From an uncultured Planctomycetia bacterium (lineage in GTDB: Bacteria; Omnitrophota; Gorgyraeia; Kaelpiales; Kaelpiaceae): a stretch of 41,187 nucleotides of DNA. Of the stretch, positions 9,115 to 20,268 are shown piece after piece. The stretch's first letter is position 1, and the number at the start of each line of letters is the position of its first letter. Under the pieces are notes generated by a model, which was not told the origin of the DNA, did no database searches, and saw only the letters and a program-made list of their open reading frames with translations. The translations under genes and the position numbers were made by a program. The stretch spans positions 1 through 41,187 of the forward strand of contig CAZVIC010000001.1 of assembly GCA_964627735.1 (NCBI GenBank). The letters are read 5' to 3'.

Positions 9115-9829
9115 AAGATTTGTTTGTATTTTTTTATGTTTAATTATTTCGGGTTGTTCCAATAGTCATATCTATAGAAAGAAAGTTGGGATTGGACTTG
9201 ATTCTACCCAAGAGTACAATAAAAAGTTTTATACCTTAACTCCTATTCAGCAGCAGAAAGAGGAGGAGGGGATATTGGTATCAGTAGAGTATATACCCAA
9301 GGAGAGCTTGCAGGATATATTTCTTGATAAAAAAATATATGGAATCTATGCAGGAAAGAGCCCTTATCCTGATGGTACGACAGTTGTGAGAGTAAGAGTT
9401 GAGAATAAGACTGAATCCAGAGTGCTTATTGATCCTGATAATTTTGTGCTGTTGGATGAGCTTGGTACTCAGTATCTCTATATAAGCCCAGAGAGCATTA
9501 AAGAGATCTATGAATCTAAAAGTTTGATCTATGATTTTATGAGATCGAAATCTTTACCTGCTTCTGGAATCTACGGTACTGCTTTAGGTACAGCTCAAGG
9601 CTCAGGTGGTAGAGGGGTAAATAAAAAATTTGTTTTACTTAAGTCTGTAGAGTTAAGAGGCGGTTATATTTATCCGGGAGTTAGCTCTGAAGGTTATCTA
9701 TGTTTTCTTAATCCTGATCCAAAGGCTAAGAATATAAAGTTAATCATATCTAACGTAAAGACTTCTTTTGATGTAAATGATGAGGCTCTAGGAAGAGTCG
9801 ATTTTAAATTTGATTTTAAAAACGAATAA
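9107..9829 (+). CDS. hypothetical lipoprotein with a beta-sandwich-like (DUF4352-like) region
   Basis: Lipobox LIISGC. The segment VRVRVENKTESRVLIDPDNFVLLDELGTQY resembles immunoglobulin-like lipoprotein domains. The family call is tentative. Confidence 0.55.
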   Translation: MTKRFVCIFLCLIISGCSNSHIYRKKVGIGLDSTQEYNKKFYTLTPIQQQKEEEGILVSVEYIPKESLQDIFLDKKIYGIYAGKSPYPDGTTVVRVRVENKTESRVLIDPDNFVLLDELGTQYLYISPESIKEIYESKSLIYDFMRSKSLPASGIYGTALGTAQGSGGRGVNKKFVLLKSVELRGGYIYPGVSSEGYLCFLNPDPKAKNIKLIISNVKTSFDVNDEALGRVDFKFDFKNE

Positions 9830-9837
9830 TCTGAATT

Positions 9838-10410
9838 ATGAAAAACTATAAAGATAATCTTTTCCCTGATATTGACAAAAATGTTGTCAGGCGTAGAAAA
9901 AGAAAGAGATTAAAACTTATAACGGAGCGATCTGTTCGAATAAGCGAGGAGAAGATATGTGCATTTGTTATAGTTATTCTTTTTTTAATGGTAGGCAGTT
10001 ATATTTGTGGGTATAAGAAGGGTGGGGTTATTAGTAATTTAAAAGAGGAGACAGATGTTGTTCTGTCTACTATAGCGGTTGGAGATAAAGAAGAGGCGGT
10101 TGAAGTTGAAACTAATGATTCTAGTTTTGTTTTAACTGAAATCAAAGATGATGAGTTAGGCAAGAATAGAGAGTCTTCGGGATCAAGTTTTGCTTTACAG
10201 GTTGTAACATATAAAAATATGTCCTATGCTGAGTCTGAGAAGGAAAGACTCAGTAAAATGGGTTACCATTCTTATATTCGTGAACAGGGCAGGTATAAGA
10301 TTGTCTTTGTTGGAGATTATAGCGAACAGGGTAAAGCTCGGATTGTTTTAAGAGAGCTTAAAAAAATATATAAAGATGCTTTTATGAAAGAATTAAAAGG
10401 AGGTAGGTAA
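9838..10410 (+). CDS. membrane-anchored SPOR-domain (septal peptidoglycan-binding) protein
   Basis: One TM helix (ICAFVIVILFLMVGSYICGY). C-terminal SPOR-like FALQVVTYKNMSYAESEKERLSKMGYHSYIREQGRYKIVFVGDYSEQGKA. Confidence 0.7.
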   Translation: MKNYKDNLFPDIDKNVVRRRKRKRLKLITERSVRISEEKICAFVIVILFLMVGSYICGYKKGGVISNLKEETDVVLSTIAVGDKEEAVEVETNDSSFVLTEIKDDELGKNRESSGSSFALQVVTYKNMSYAESEKERLSKMGYHSYIREQGRYKIVFVGDYSEQGKARIVLRELKKIYKDAFMKELKGGR

Positions 10411-10667
10411 TGTCAAGGCACCCAAGTTTAAAAGTTAAAGATTCGGATTTACAGCATAGAAATGTACTCAAAAGATTTGAGAGAATAGCTATGTTTTTGA
10501 AAAAGTCCGGAGAAGAAGGTTTGGAAGTATTTAAGTTGCCGAAGTACAAGAGGAAGAGGTTAAAAGCGCTTAAGAAAGAACCTAAGAAAGAAGAGGCTGA
10601 AGGTACAGAGCAGACGGTAGAAGGTAAGGTCAAGTCTGCAGATGATTCTGCCAAAGAAAAATCTTAG
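10410..10667 (+). CDS. small basic protein (TIGR04137-like family)
   Basis: The N-terminus SRHPSLKVKDSDLQHRNVLKRFERI...LPKYK matches my recollection of the conserved small basic protein of PVC-type bacteria. TAATG 1-nt overlap with the SPOR gene. Confidence 0.6.
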   Translation: MSRHPSLKVKDSDLQHRNVLKRFERIAMFLKKSGEEGLEVFKLPKYKRKRLKALKKEPKKEEAEGTEQTVEGKVKSADDSAKEKS

Positions 10668-10686
10668 ATTCGGTTACACATTTTAA

Positions 10687-11784
10687 ATGGAGAGAGTAAA
10701 TCTAGATTTAAAAGATAGGTCTTATGATATTCTGATTTCAGAAGGAGCATTATCGTCCCTTAAGGACGAAGTTATAAGATTAGGTCTAGAAAATCATTTG
10801 GCAGTTGTAGTATCTAATAGGAAAATATGTTCTCTGCATAGAGAATACTTAGAGGGTTCTTTGGGTGTTTTTAAAGAGAGTCTTTTTTTGGAAGTTGCTG
10901 ATTCTGAAAAAAGTAAGTCTTGGCCGGTTCTTTTTAATGTTTTAAGATCAACGGCCGATTTTTCTAAAGCAGAAAGCGTATTATTGATAGCTTTTGGAGG
11001 AGGAGTTATCGGAGATTTGGTAGGTTTTTTAGCAGCTATTTACAAAAGAGGTGTTCCTTTTATTCAAATTCCGACGTCTCTTCTTGCTCAGGTTGATTCA
11101 AGTATAGGTGGAAAGGTTGCGATAGATTTAAAGTGGGGTAAGAACTTGTTAGGAGCTTTTTATCAACCTAAGCTGGTTGTTTCTGATTTAAATTTTTTAA
11201 AGAGCTTACCTTTAAAAGAACTTTCTAATGGGTTGTCTGAAATTATTAAATATGGAATTTTAGGAGATTCAGATTTGTTTGAGTTATTAGAGTCTGAGAA
11301 TGAAAGTCCAGCTTCTTTTCCATTGGCCTTGTGGGGCGATTTAGTTTCAAAATGTAGTAGAATAAAAAAACAGCTTGTTGAAAGAGATGAGCGTGACAGT
11401 AAGGATATAAGAATAGTTTTAAACTTGGGCCATACGATAGCCCATGCTTTAGAGACAGTCTTTGGATATAAAAATATCTCTCACGGAGAAGCGGTATCTT
11501 TTGGTCTCGTTGTCGAGAGTTTGATTGCCAATAAGCTTGGAATTTTAAGCAAGAACGATTTAGAGAGAATAATAAACTTAATTTTGAAGTTTAAGACTTT
11601 ACCCAAAATGAAAAAGAGGATAGAACAAAAAAAGATATTAAATAGCATTCTTTATGATAAGAAAGCTAAATTTGGAATCCCGAGATTTGTGTTACCTAAC
11701 TCTATAGGCTCTGTAATAGTATCTTCGAATGTAGATAGCTCTGTAATAACTTCTGCTCTTAGTGAGAGCCTTAATTATCTTTAA
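10687..11784 (+). CDS. aroB: 3-dehydroquinate synthase
   Basis: GGGVIGDLVGFLAAIYKRGVPFIQIPTSLLAQVDSSIGGKVAID; LNLGHTIAHALE...HGEAV. Confidence 0.9.
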   Translation: MERVNLDLKDRSYDILISEGALSSLKDEVIRLGLENHLAVVVSNRKICSLHREYLEGSLGVFKESLFLEVADSEKSKSWPVLFNVLRSTADFSKAESVLLIAFGGGVIGDLVGFLAAIYKRGVPFIQIPTSLLAQVDSSIGGKVAIDLKWGKNLLGAFYQPKLVVSDLNFLKSLPLKELSNGLSEIIKYGILGDSDLFELLESENESPASFPLALWGDLVSKCSRIKKQLVERDERDSKDIRIVLNLGHTIAHALETVFGYKNISHGEAVSFGLVVESLIANKLGILSKNDLERIINLILKFKTLPKMKKRIEQKKILNSILYDKKAKFGIPRFVLPNSIGSVIVSSNVDSSVITSALSESLNYL

Positions 11785-11810
11785 AAAGCGTTTTATAGTG
11801 AGGTGAGGTT

Positions 11811-12080
11811 ATGTCTGAAGAGTGGATTGAAATAGGAATTGTTACTAATTACTATGCTAAACCTTCTGCTGCTATAATAGAAATCACAGCTCAAAGCTTA
11901 AAGGCTGGCGATAGGATTAAAATAAAAGGACATACGACTGATTTTGAGATGGATGTAAACTCTATGCAGATTGAACATCAGATTGTTGGTGAGATTTTGC
12001 CGGGTCAGATCGTTGGTCTTGGTGTTAAAGAACGGGTTCGTTCCCATGACAGAGTTTTTAGATTAAGGAAAAGCAATTGA
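11811..12080 (+). CDS. translation elongation factor-like small protein (EF-Tu domain-2-like beta-barrel)
   Basis: 89 aa. The pattern IGIVTNYYAKPSAAIIEIT...GDRIKIKGHTTDFEMDVNSMQIEH is typical of this stand-alone family. Strong SD GTGAGGTGAGG. Confidence 0.6.
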   Translation: MSEEWIEIGIVTNYYAKPSAAIIEITAQSLKAGDRIKIKGHTTDFEMDVNSMQIEHQIVGEILPGQIVGLGVKERVRSHDRVFRLRKSN

Positions 12081-12101
12081 AGCTTAAAGAAGGAGGAAGA
12101 G

Positions 12102-12332
12102 ATGGCTAGAGCGTATTTAAAAATTAATGTAGAGCCGGGCGAGGAGAAAGAGGTTATTCAAAAAATGAAATCTTTTGAGAATGTGATAGATGCAAACTTA
12201 ACCTCAGGGGAACAGGATGTTATAGCTCAAATCAAAGCTTCTAATTACGAAGAATTGATGAGATTTGTTGTAACAAAGCTACGTGCAATAGAGGGTATTA
12301 CTAGAACAATAACTAATTTGATACTAGATTAG
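12102..12332 (+). CDS. stand-alone Lrp/AsnC-type ligand-binding (RAM) domain protein
   Basis: 76 aa with a beta-alpha-beta-beta-alpha-beta-like pattern (YLKINVEPG...VIDANLTSGEQDVIAQIKASNYEELMRFVVTKLRAIEGI). Strong SD GAAGGAGGAAG. Confidence 0.65.
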   Translation: MARAYLKINVEPGEEKEVIQKMKSFENVIDANLTSGEQDVIAQIKASNYEELMRFVVTKLRAIEGITRTITNLILD

Positions 12333-12417
12333 TTGTTTTTATTGTATTTTTAATATTTATAGGTCTATCTCCAGCTTGACTTGGCTCTGTTGCCATGCTA
12401 GGATAAGCGAGTTTAAA

Positions 12418-13176
12418 ATGTTAATTAAAATAGTAATCTTATTAGTGGTATTTTTAGTTAAAAACTCCTTTTCTTTAGAGGAGAGTCTGAATAATTTTAC
12501 TTTAACAGGTTATGACAAGCAGAGCAATAAAAAGTGGGAAATGGAAGGAGACAATGCGCAATTAGGCAGAGAAGATGTAGTCTTACAATCAGTTAAAGCA
12601 AGGCTCTATTATGAGAGTGGCCCCATAGACATAAGAGCAGATAAAGGTTTTTTGGATAAAGTGAATAGAGAGATAGAACTGATAGATAACGTTGTTGTAG
12701 AGAATTCAGAAGGTGATTCGCTTTTTACAGATAGATTACATTGGAACCAAGACAAAGAGATTGTCTGGACAGAGGATAGATTGAAAATAGTGAAGAACAA
12801 TAGCGAAGTGGTAGGTGTGGGCGGTGAAATTAACACAAAATTAACAAAAGCCGTTATTAAGAAGGATGTTAAATTTAAAACTGTACCTCAGATTATAATT
12901 AAATCAGATGGGCCTTTAGACATAGATTATTCTGAAAATATTGCGGTTTTTAATGATAATGTTCATGTTTTAGATAGAAAAGGAGAGTTGTTCTGTGATA
13001 AGTTGATTGTCTATTTTGATAAAGATGAAAAGAGCATTAATAAGGCTCACGCAAAAGGTAATGTAAAACTTAGACGGGGCAATTCGTTTATTTATTCTTC
13101 AGAAGCTATATATGACTTAAAAGAAGGAAAAATAAATCTTCTTGGGCGTCCTAAGCTTGAGATATATCCTGAGTAA
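12418..13176 (+). CDS. LPS-transport periplasmic protein, apparent LptC-LptA (OstA-like) fusion
   Basis: The N-terminal anchor MLIKIVILLVVFLV suggests the ATG at 12418 rather than the TTG at 12376. The first half is LptC-like (ARLYYESGPIDIRADKGFLDK...VVVENSEGDSLFTDRLHWN). The second half is OstA/LptA-like (AVFNDNVHVLDRKGELFCDKLIVYFD...AKGNVKL...AIYDLKEGKINLLGRPKL). It lies directly upstream of lptB. Confidence 0.65.
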   Translation: MLIKIVILLVVFLVKNSFSLEESLNNFTLTGYDKQSNKKWEMEGDNAQLGREDVVLQSVKARLYYESGPIDIRADKGFLDKVNREIELIDNVVVENSEGDSLFTDRLHWNQDKEIVWTEDRLKIVKNNSEVVGVGGEINTKLTKAVIKKDVKFKTVPQIIIKSDGPLDIDYSENIAVFNDNVHVLDRKGELFCDKLIVYFDKDEKSINKAHAKGNVKLRRGNSFIYSSEAIYDLKEGKINLLGRPKLEIYPE

Positions 13177-13179
13177 AAG

Positions 13180-13896
13180 ATGTTAAAAGTTAAGGGGTTG
13201 ATAAAAGAGTATAAAAGCAAGAGAGTGGTAAATGGTATCTCGCTTGATGTAGCCAGTTCTGAGATAGTTGGTTTACTTGGGCCTAATGGAGCTGGTAAGA
13301 CCACTACTTTCTACATGATTGTTGGTTTAATTGCTCCCAATAAGGGGCGTGTGTACTTTAAGGATGTTGATATAACAAAGTTGCCTATGCATAAAAGAGC
13401 GAGCTTAGGCATAGGCTATCTTTCACAGGAGCCTGCTATATTTGGAAACTTAAGTGTTCGAGATAATATAATGGCGGTATTAGAAACATTGAATATTCAT
13501 CCGCAGGAGAGGAAATTGAGGCTTGAAATGCTATTAGAAGAACTAAGAATATCCTATTTAGCAAAAAACAAAGCTTATACCTTGTCTGGTGGTGAAAGAA
13601 GGCGGCTAGAGATCACAAGAGCTTTAGCTATAAATCCGTTGTTTCTACTTTTAGATGAGCCATTTAGTGGAATAGATCCTATAGCTGTTGCTGAATGTCA
13701 GGATATTATTTTAGATCTTAAAAAGAAAGGCATTGGAATACTGCTGACAGATCATAATGTCAGAGAGACCTTGGCAATAACAGATAGGGCCTACATAGTC
13801 TCTGAGGGCAGTATTCTTCTTTCAGGAGATGCGGATCATTTAATTAACGATGATAAAGCAAAAAAGGTTTATCTTGGAGAAAGGTTCAGGATGTAA
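13180..13896 (+). CDS. lptB: LPS export ABC transporter ATP-binding protein
   Basis: Walker A GPNGAGKTT, signature LSGGERRRLEI, Walker B LLLDEP, C-terminal VYLGERFRM typical of LptB. Confidence 0.9.
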   Translation: MLKVKGLIKEYKSKRVVNGISLDVASSEIVGLLGPNGAGKTTTFYMIVGLIAPNKGRVYFKDVDITKLPMHKRASLGIGYLSQEPAIFGNLSVRDNIMAVLETLNIHPQERKLRLEMLLEELRISYLAKNKAYTLSGGERRRLEITRALAINPLFLLLDEPFSGIDPIAVAECQDIILDLKKKGIGILLTDHNVRETLAITDRAYIVSEGSILLSGDADHLINDDKAKKVYLGERFRM

Positions 13897-13915
13897 AAAT
13901 GAAAGGGGGTATATT

Positions 13916-14242
13916 TTGAAGACAACAATAACAGGTAGACATTTTGATATAACAGATGCTTTAAAATCTTACATCGAGGGTAAGTTCGATTATCTAGGTA
14001 AATATGTTGAAGATATAATAAGCGCACACGTTGTACTGGAAATCGAGAAGCATCTTTCTGTGGTTGAGATTAATATAGACCTTAAGAGGTCTCATTTTAA
14101 AGTTGAAGAAAAAAATGAAGATATGTATTTAGCTATCGATGAATCATTCGATGTCTTAAAGCAACAGATTTTAAGGTATGAAGATAAGATAAAAATGCAT
14201 AGGGTTAAAGATAAGGATCTTAACAATGAAGATAAAGATTAA
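13916..14242 (+). CDS. hpf: ribosome hibernation promoting factor / RaiA family (short form)
   Basis: ITGRHFDITDALKSYIEGKF...AHVVLEIEKH...VEINI. The in-frame TTG at 13916 preceded by AAAGGGGG is preferred over the listed 13850 start, which lies inside lptB. Confidence 0.85.
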   Translation: MKTTITGRHFDITDALKSYIEGKFDYLGKYVEDIISAHVVLEIEKHLSVVEINIDLKRSHFKVEEKNEDMYLAIDESFDVLKQQILRYEDKIKMHRVKDKDLNNEDKD

Positions 14243-15512
14243 AAGAATTAGTACAGTTGAGAGTGATTTAGAGGTTTATTTGGACCCTAAAGAGGTCGGT
14301 TCTTTAAGGAACAAAGTTGAACTTGATTGGCAAAATAAAGTTGCAATTCCTGGTTATAGGAAAGGTAAAGCTCCGTTGGAGATGGTCTTAGCTAAGCATA
14401 GTGTCGATATAGAGAAAGATATCAAAGATAGTGTAGTCTCTCTTTTTTACAGAAAAGCTATGGAGGCTTCAAAGGTGGAACCGATATCAGCTCCAAGCTT
14501 GATTAATGTTGAGCAAGGCAAGAAAGGTGATTATAAGTTTATCTTGAAAATAGAAGAAGCTCCAAAGGTTAAATTGTCGAAGTATAAGAACATAAAATTG
14601 AATAAGAAGAATGTAAGCGTAGAAGATAAAGATATAGATAAAGTCTTAGATGATATTAAGAAGGAAAAGACGGAGTGGTTAGATGTTCAGAGGCCAGCTG
14701 CTTTTGAGGATATTATCGTTGTAGACATGGAGATAAAACCAGAAGAGGGTGATTTAGATAAAAAAGATAATCTGTCATTATACCTTAATGAGGAGGTTCT
14801 TTTTCCAGAGCTTTTAGAGAATCTTAAAGGTTTAAGTTCTGGTGAAGTTAAGGAGTTTAAGGTTAAAGTGCCAGATGATTACAGAGATAAAAAGATTGCT
14901 GGTAAGGAATGTGATTTTAAGATAAGCGTAAAAATAGTTAAAGAGAAAAAAGAACCTGAACTCAATGATGATTTTGCAAAGAAGCTCGGTAATCATAGTA
15001 ATGTTGACGATTTAAAGAAGGTCATAAGAGAGGAGCTAGAGAACCATCGTATTAGAGAGGCGGATATTGATTTAGAACAAAATCTTATATCTGAACTTAT
15101 TGAAAGCTCTAAGATGGAATTACCGCCTCAGCTTTTAAGTCGTCAGGTAAGTATCTCGGCTGAAGATATAACCATGAGGTTGCTTTATAGGGGGTTTCCT
15201 AAAAAGGACATAGAGACTCAGAGAGAGATGATATTTACAGAGGCTCAGAAAGAGGCCCAGAAAGAGCTTAAAACCTATTTTATATTAAAAGAAATTGCCC
15301 AAAAAGAAAACATAGTGATATCAGATCAGGAGCTGAGTGAGCATTTAAATATTTTAGCCAAGCGTCAAAATAAAACTTTGGATGAATTAGAGTCTAGTTT
15401 TAAAAAAGATAATGGATTGGAGAATATAAAAGCTGGCTTATTGAGAAAAAAAGTTATAGAATTCTTAAAACAGCATGCTGAGATAACTAATATTAAAAAT
15501 GGAGGTGAATGA
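14226..15512 (+). CDS. tig: trigger factor
   Basis: 428 aa. N-terminal ribosome-binding region with PGYRKGKAP (GFRxGxxP motif), then central PPIase-like and C-terminal helical regions. Located directly upstream of clpP. Confidence 0.9.
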   Translation: MKIKIKRISTVESDLEVYLDPKEVGSLRNKVELDWQNKVAIPGYRKGKAPLEMVLAKHSVDIEKDIKDSVVSLFYRKAMEASKVEPISAPSLINVEQGKKGDYKFILKIEEAPKVKLSKYKNIKLNKKNVSVEDKDIDKVLDDIKKEKTEWLDVQRPAAFEDIIVVDMEIKPEEGDLDKKDNLSLYLNEEVLFPELLENLKGLSSGEVKEFKVKVPDDYRDKKIAGKECDFKISVKIVKEKKEPELNDDFAKKLGNHSNVDDLKKVIREELENHRIREADIDLEQNLISELIESSKMELPPQLLSRQVSISAEDITMRLLYRGFPKKDIETQREMIFTEAQKEAQKELKTYFILKEIAQKENIVISDQELSEHLNILAKRQNKTLDELESSFKKDNGLENIKAGLLRKKVIEFLKQHAEITNIKNGGE

Positions 15513-16120
15513 TGTCTGCTAAATCTCAAACTTTAGTTCCCATGGTGGTTGAGAAAACCGGAAGAGGTGAACGTGCGTTTGATATTTACTCTCGATTACT
15601 AAAAGACAGAATAGTTTTCATAGGCACTCCTATTGATGATAATGTAGCCAATCTTATTATCGCTCAAATTCTTTTTTTGCAATCTGAGGACGCAGATAAG
15701 GATATAAGTGTGTATATTAATTCACCTGGCGGCTCTGTTACAAGCGGATTGGCAATCTATGATACATTGCGTTTTGTAAAACCCGATATCTCTACTTATT
15801 GTGTAGGGCAGGCTGCTAGCATGGGAGCACTGTTACTTATGGCAGGAACTAAAGGAAAGAGATTCTCTTTACCGCATTCTCGGATAATGATTCATCAGCC
15901 TTGGGGTGGCGTACAAGGAGCTGCTGAAGATATTCACATTCAAGCTAAAGAGATACTTCGTTTGAGAGATGAGATAAATGAATTAATATCTATTCATACT
16001 TCTCAATCAATAAATAAAGTTAAAAAAGATACAGATAGAGATTATTTCATGAGTGCAGAAGAAGCAAAAAAGTATGGTTTAATAGATGAAGTTATTTATT
16101 CCAAAAAGAAGAAAAATTAA
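15509..16120 (+). CDS. clpP: ATP-dependent Clp protease proteolytic subunit
   Basis: [48 protein letters not shown]. Confidence 0.95.
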   Translation: MMSAKSQTLVPMVVEKTGRGERAFDIYSRLLKDRIVFIGTPIDDNVANLIIAQILFLQSEDADKDISVYINSPGGSVTSGLAIYDTLRFVKPDISTYCVGQAASMGALLLMAGTKGKRFSLPHSRIMIHQPWGGVQGAAEDIHIQAKEILRLRDEINELISIHTSQSINKVKKDTDRDYFMSAEEAKKYGLIDEVIYSKKKKN

Positions 16121-16135
16121 ATCAGGAGGATTGAG

Positions 16136-17296
16136 ATGATTAAGCCTTACAAGAAAAAGCTTTTAACTCCAGGCCCAACCCCTGTTCCTGAAGAGGTTCT
16201 GCTTTCACAAGCAAAGTCTACGATTCACCATAGAACAGATGAATTCCGTTCTATATTGAAGGAAGTTTCAGAAGACCTAAAGGTTATCTTTCAAACTAAA
16301 AATCAAGTTTTAATTTTGTCTTCTTCTGGAACTGGAGCTATGGAGGCTGCAGTAGCTAATTTAGTGCAAGATGGTATTAGTTTTATACCTATTGTGGGTG
16401 GAAAATTTGGCGAAAGATGGGCTGAAATAGCCAAAGCCTATGGTGCAGAATATGATATTTTAGATCTAGAGTGGGGGACTGCCCTAAATCTAGATAATTT
16501 AAGAGAAAAATTAAAAATAGGTGAAAGCCGTAAAGTTATTCTAGCAACTTTATGTGAAACTTCTACAGGCGTGAATTATGATATAAAAAATATCGCTAGC
16601 TTAGCCAAAGAGTTCAATGCCTTGGTTGTTGTTGATGCTATAAGCGGTTTGGGGGCTGATGAGCTAAGAATGGATGATTGGGGTCTGGATATTGTTGTTA
16701 GTGGATCCCAAAAAGGGTTGATGCTTCCTCCGGGTCTTGCTTTTATGAGCTTATCTAAAGAGGCACAGTCTGTGATTGAGAAATCCAGTTCTTCTAAGTA
16801 TTATTTTGACTTGATTAAAGCTGGTAAAGCGGCTGCTAAATCTGATACATCTTGGACTCCTGCAGTGAATATGATTGTAGCTCTGCGGACAGCTCTTAAA
16901 ATGATACTTGATGAAGGTATTGAAAACGTCTGGAAAAGACATTCCAATCTTGCTGCTATGACACGTGAGGCAGTTACTTCTTTGGGGCTTAAAGTTTTTG
17001 CTCAGAGCCCTTCCAATGCAGTTACTAGTGTTTTGGTTCCGGATAGTGTAGATTCTGCAGAGATGGTCAAATTTATTCGTAAAGAGTTTGGTATAAGCAT
17101 AGCTGGAGGCCAGGCAGAGTTAAAGGGTAAAATAATTAGAATTGCTCATTTGGGCTATATAAATCTTTTTGATGTTTTATCTGGCATTGCAGCTATTGAG
17201 TTTGGATTACATTGTTTTGGACATAAATTCAAGCTTGGAGCTGGTATTTTAAAGTTAGAAGAAGAATTTCTTAAAAGTTACAAGAAGGAGGCCTAA
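16136..17296 (+). CDS. class-V aminotransferase (serine-pyruvate/phosphoserine aminotransferase type), likely the phosphoserine aminotransferase partner of serA
   Basis: TPGPTPVP at the N-terminus, VVDAISGLG, and the PLP-lysine motif SGSQKGLMLPPGLAF. Adjacent to serA. Confidence 0.8.
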   Translation: MIKPYKKKLLTPGPTPVPEEVLLSQAKSTIHHRTDEFRSILKEVSEDLKVIFQTKNQVLILSSSGTGAMEAAVANLVQDGISFIPIVGGKFGERWAEIAKAYGAEYDILDLEWGTALNLDNLREKLKIGESRKVILATLCETSTGVNYDIKNIASLAKEFNALVVVDAISGLGADELRMDDWGLDIVVSGSQKGLMLPPGLAFMSLSKEAQSVIEKSSSSKYYFDLIKAGKAAAKSDTSWTPAVNMIVALRTALKMILDEGIENVWKRHSNLAAMTREAVTSLGLKVFAQSPSNAVTSVLVPDSVDSAEMVKFIRKEFGISIAGGQAELKGKIIRIAHLGYINLFDVLSGIAAIEFGLHCFGHKFKLGAGILKLEEEFLKSYKKEA

Positions 17297-17297
17297 G

Positions 17298-20202
<2,905 letters not shown>

Positions 20203-20268
20203 AAATGCAGTTTTTGTAAGGATAAAATTAAAATTGTTAAATTATTTGAATATTATTAAGGGGGAATT

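Noticed and set aside
13850-13915. Long upstream starts for hpf (13850), the lptC-like gene (12376) and rnhA (40673)
   Set aside because: The extensions overlap upstream genes or add non-homologous residues. Downstream in-frame starts (13916 with SD, 12418, 40703) fit the protein families better.
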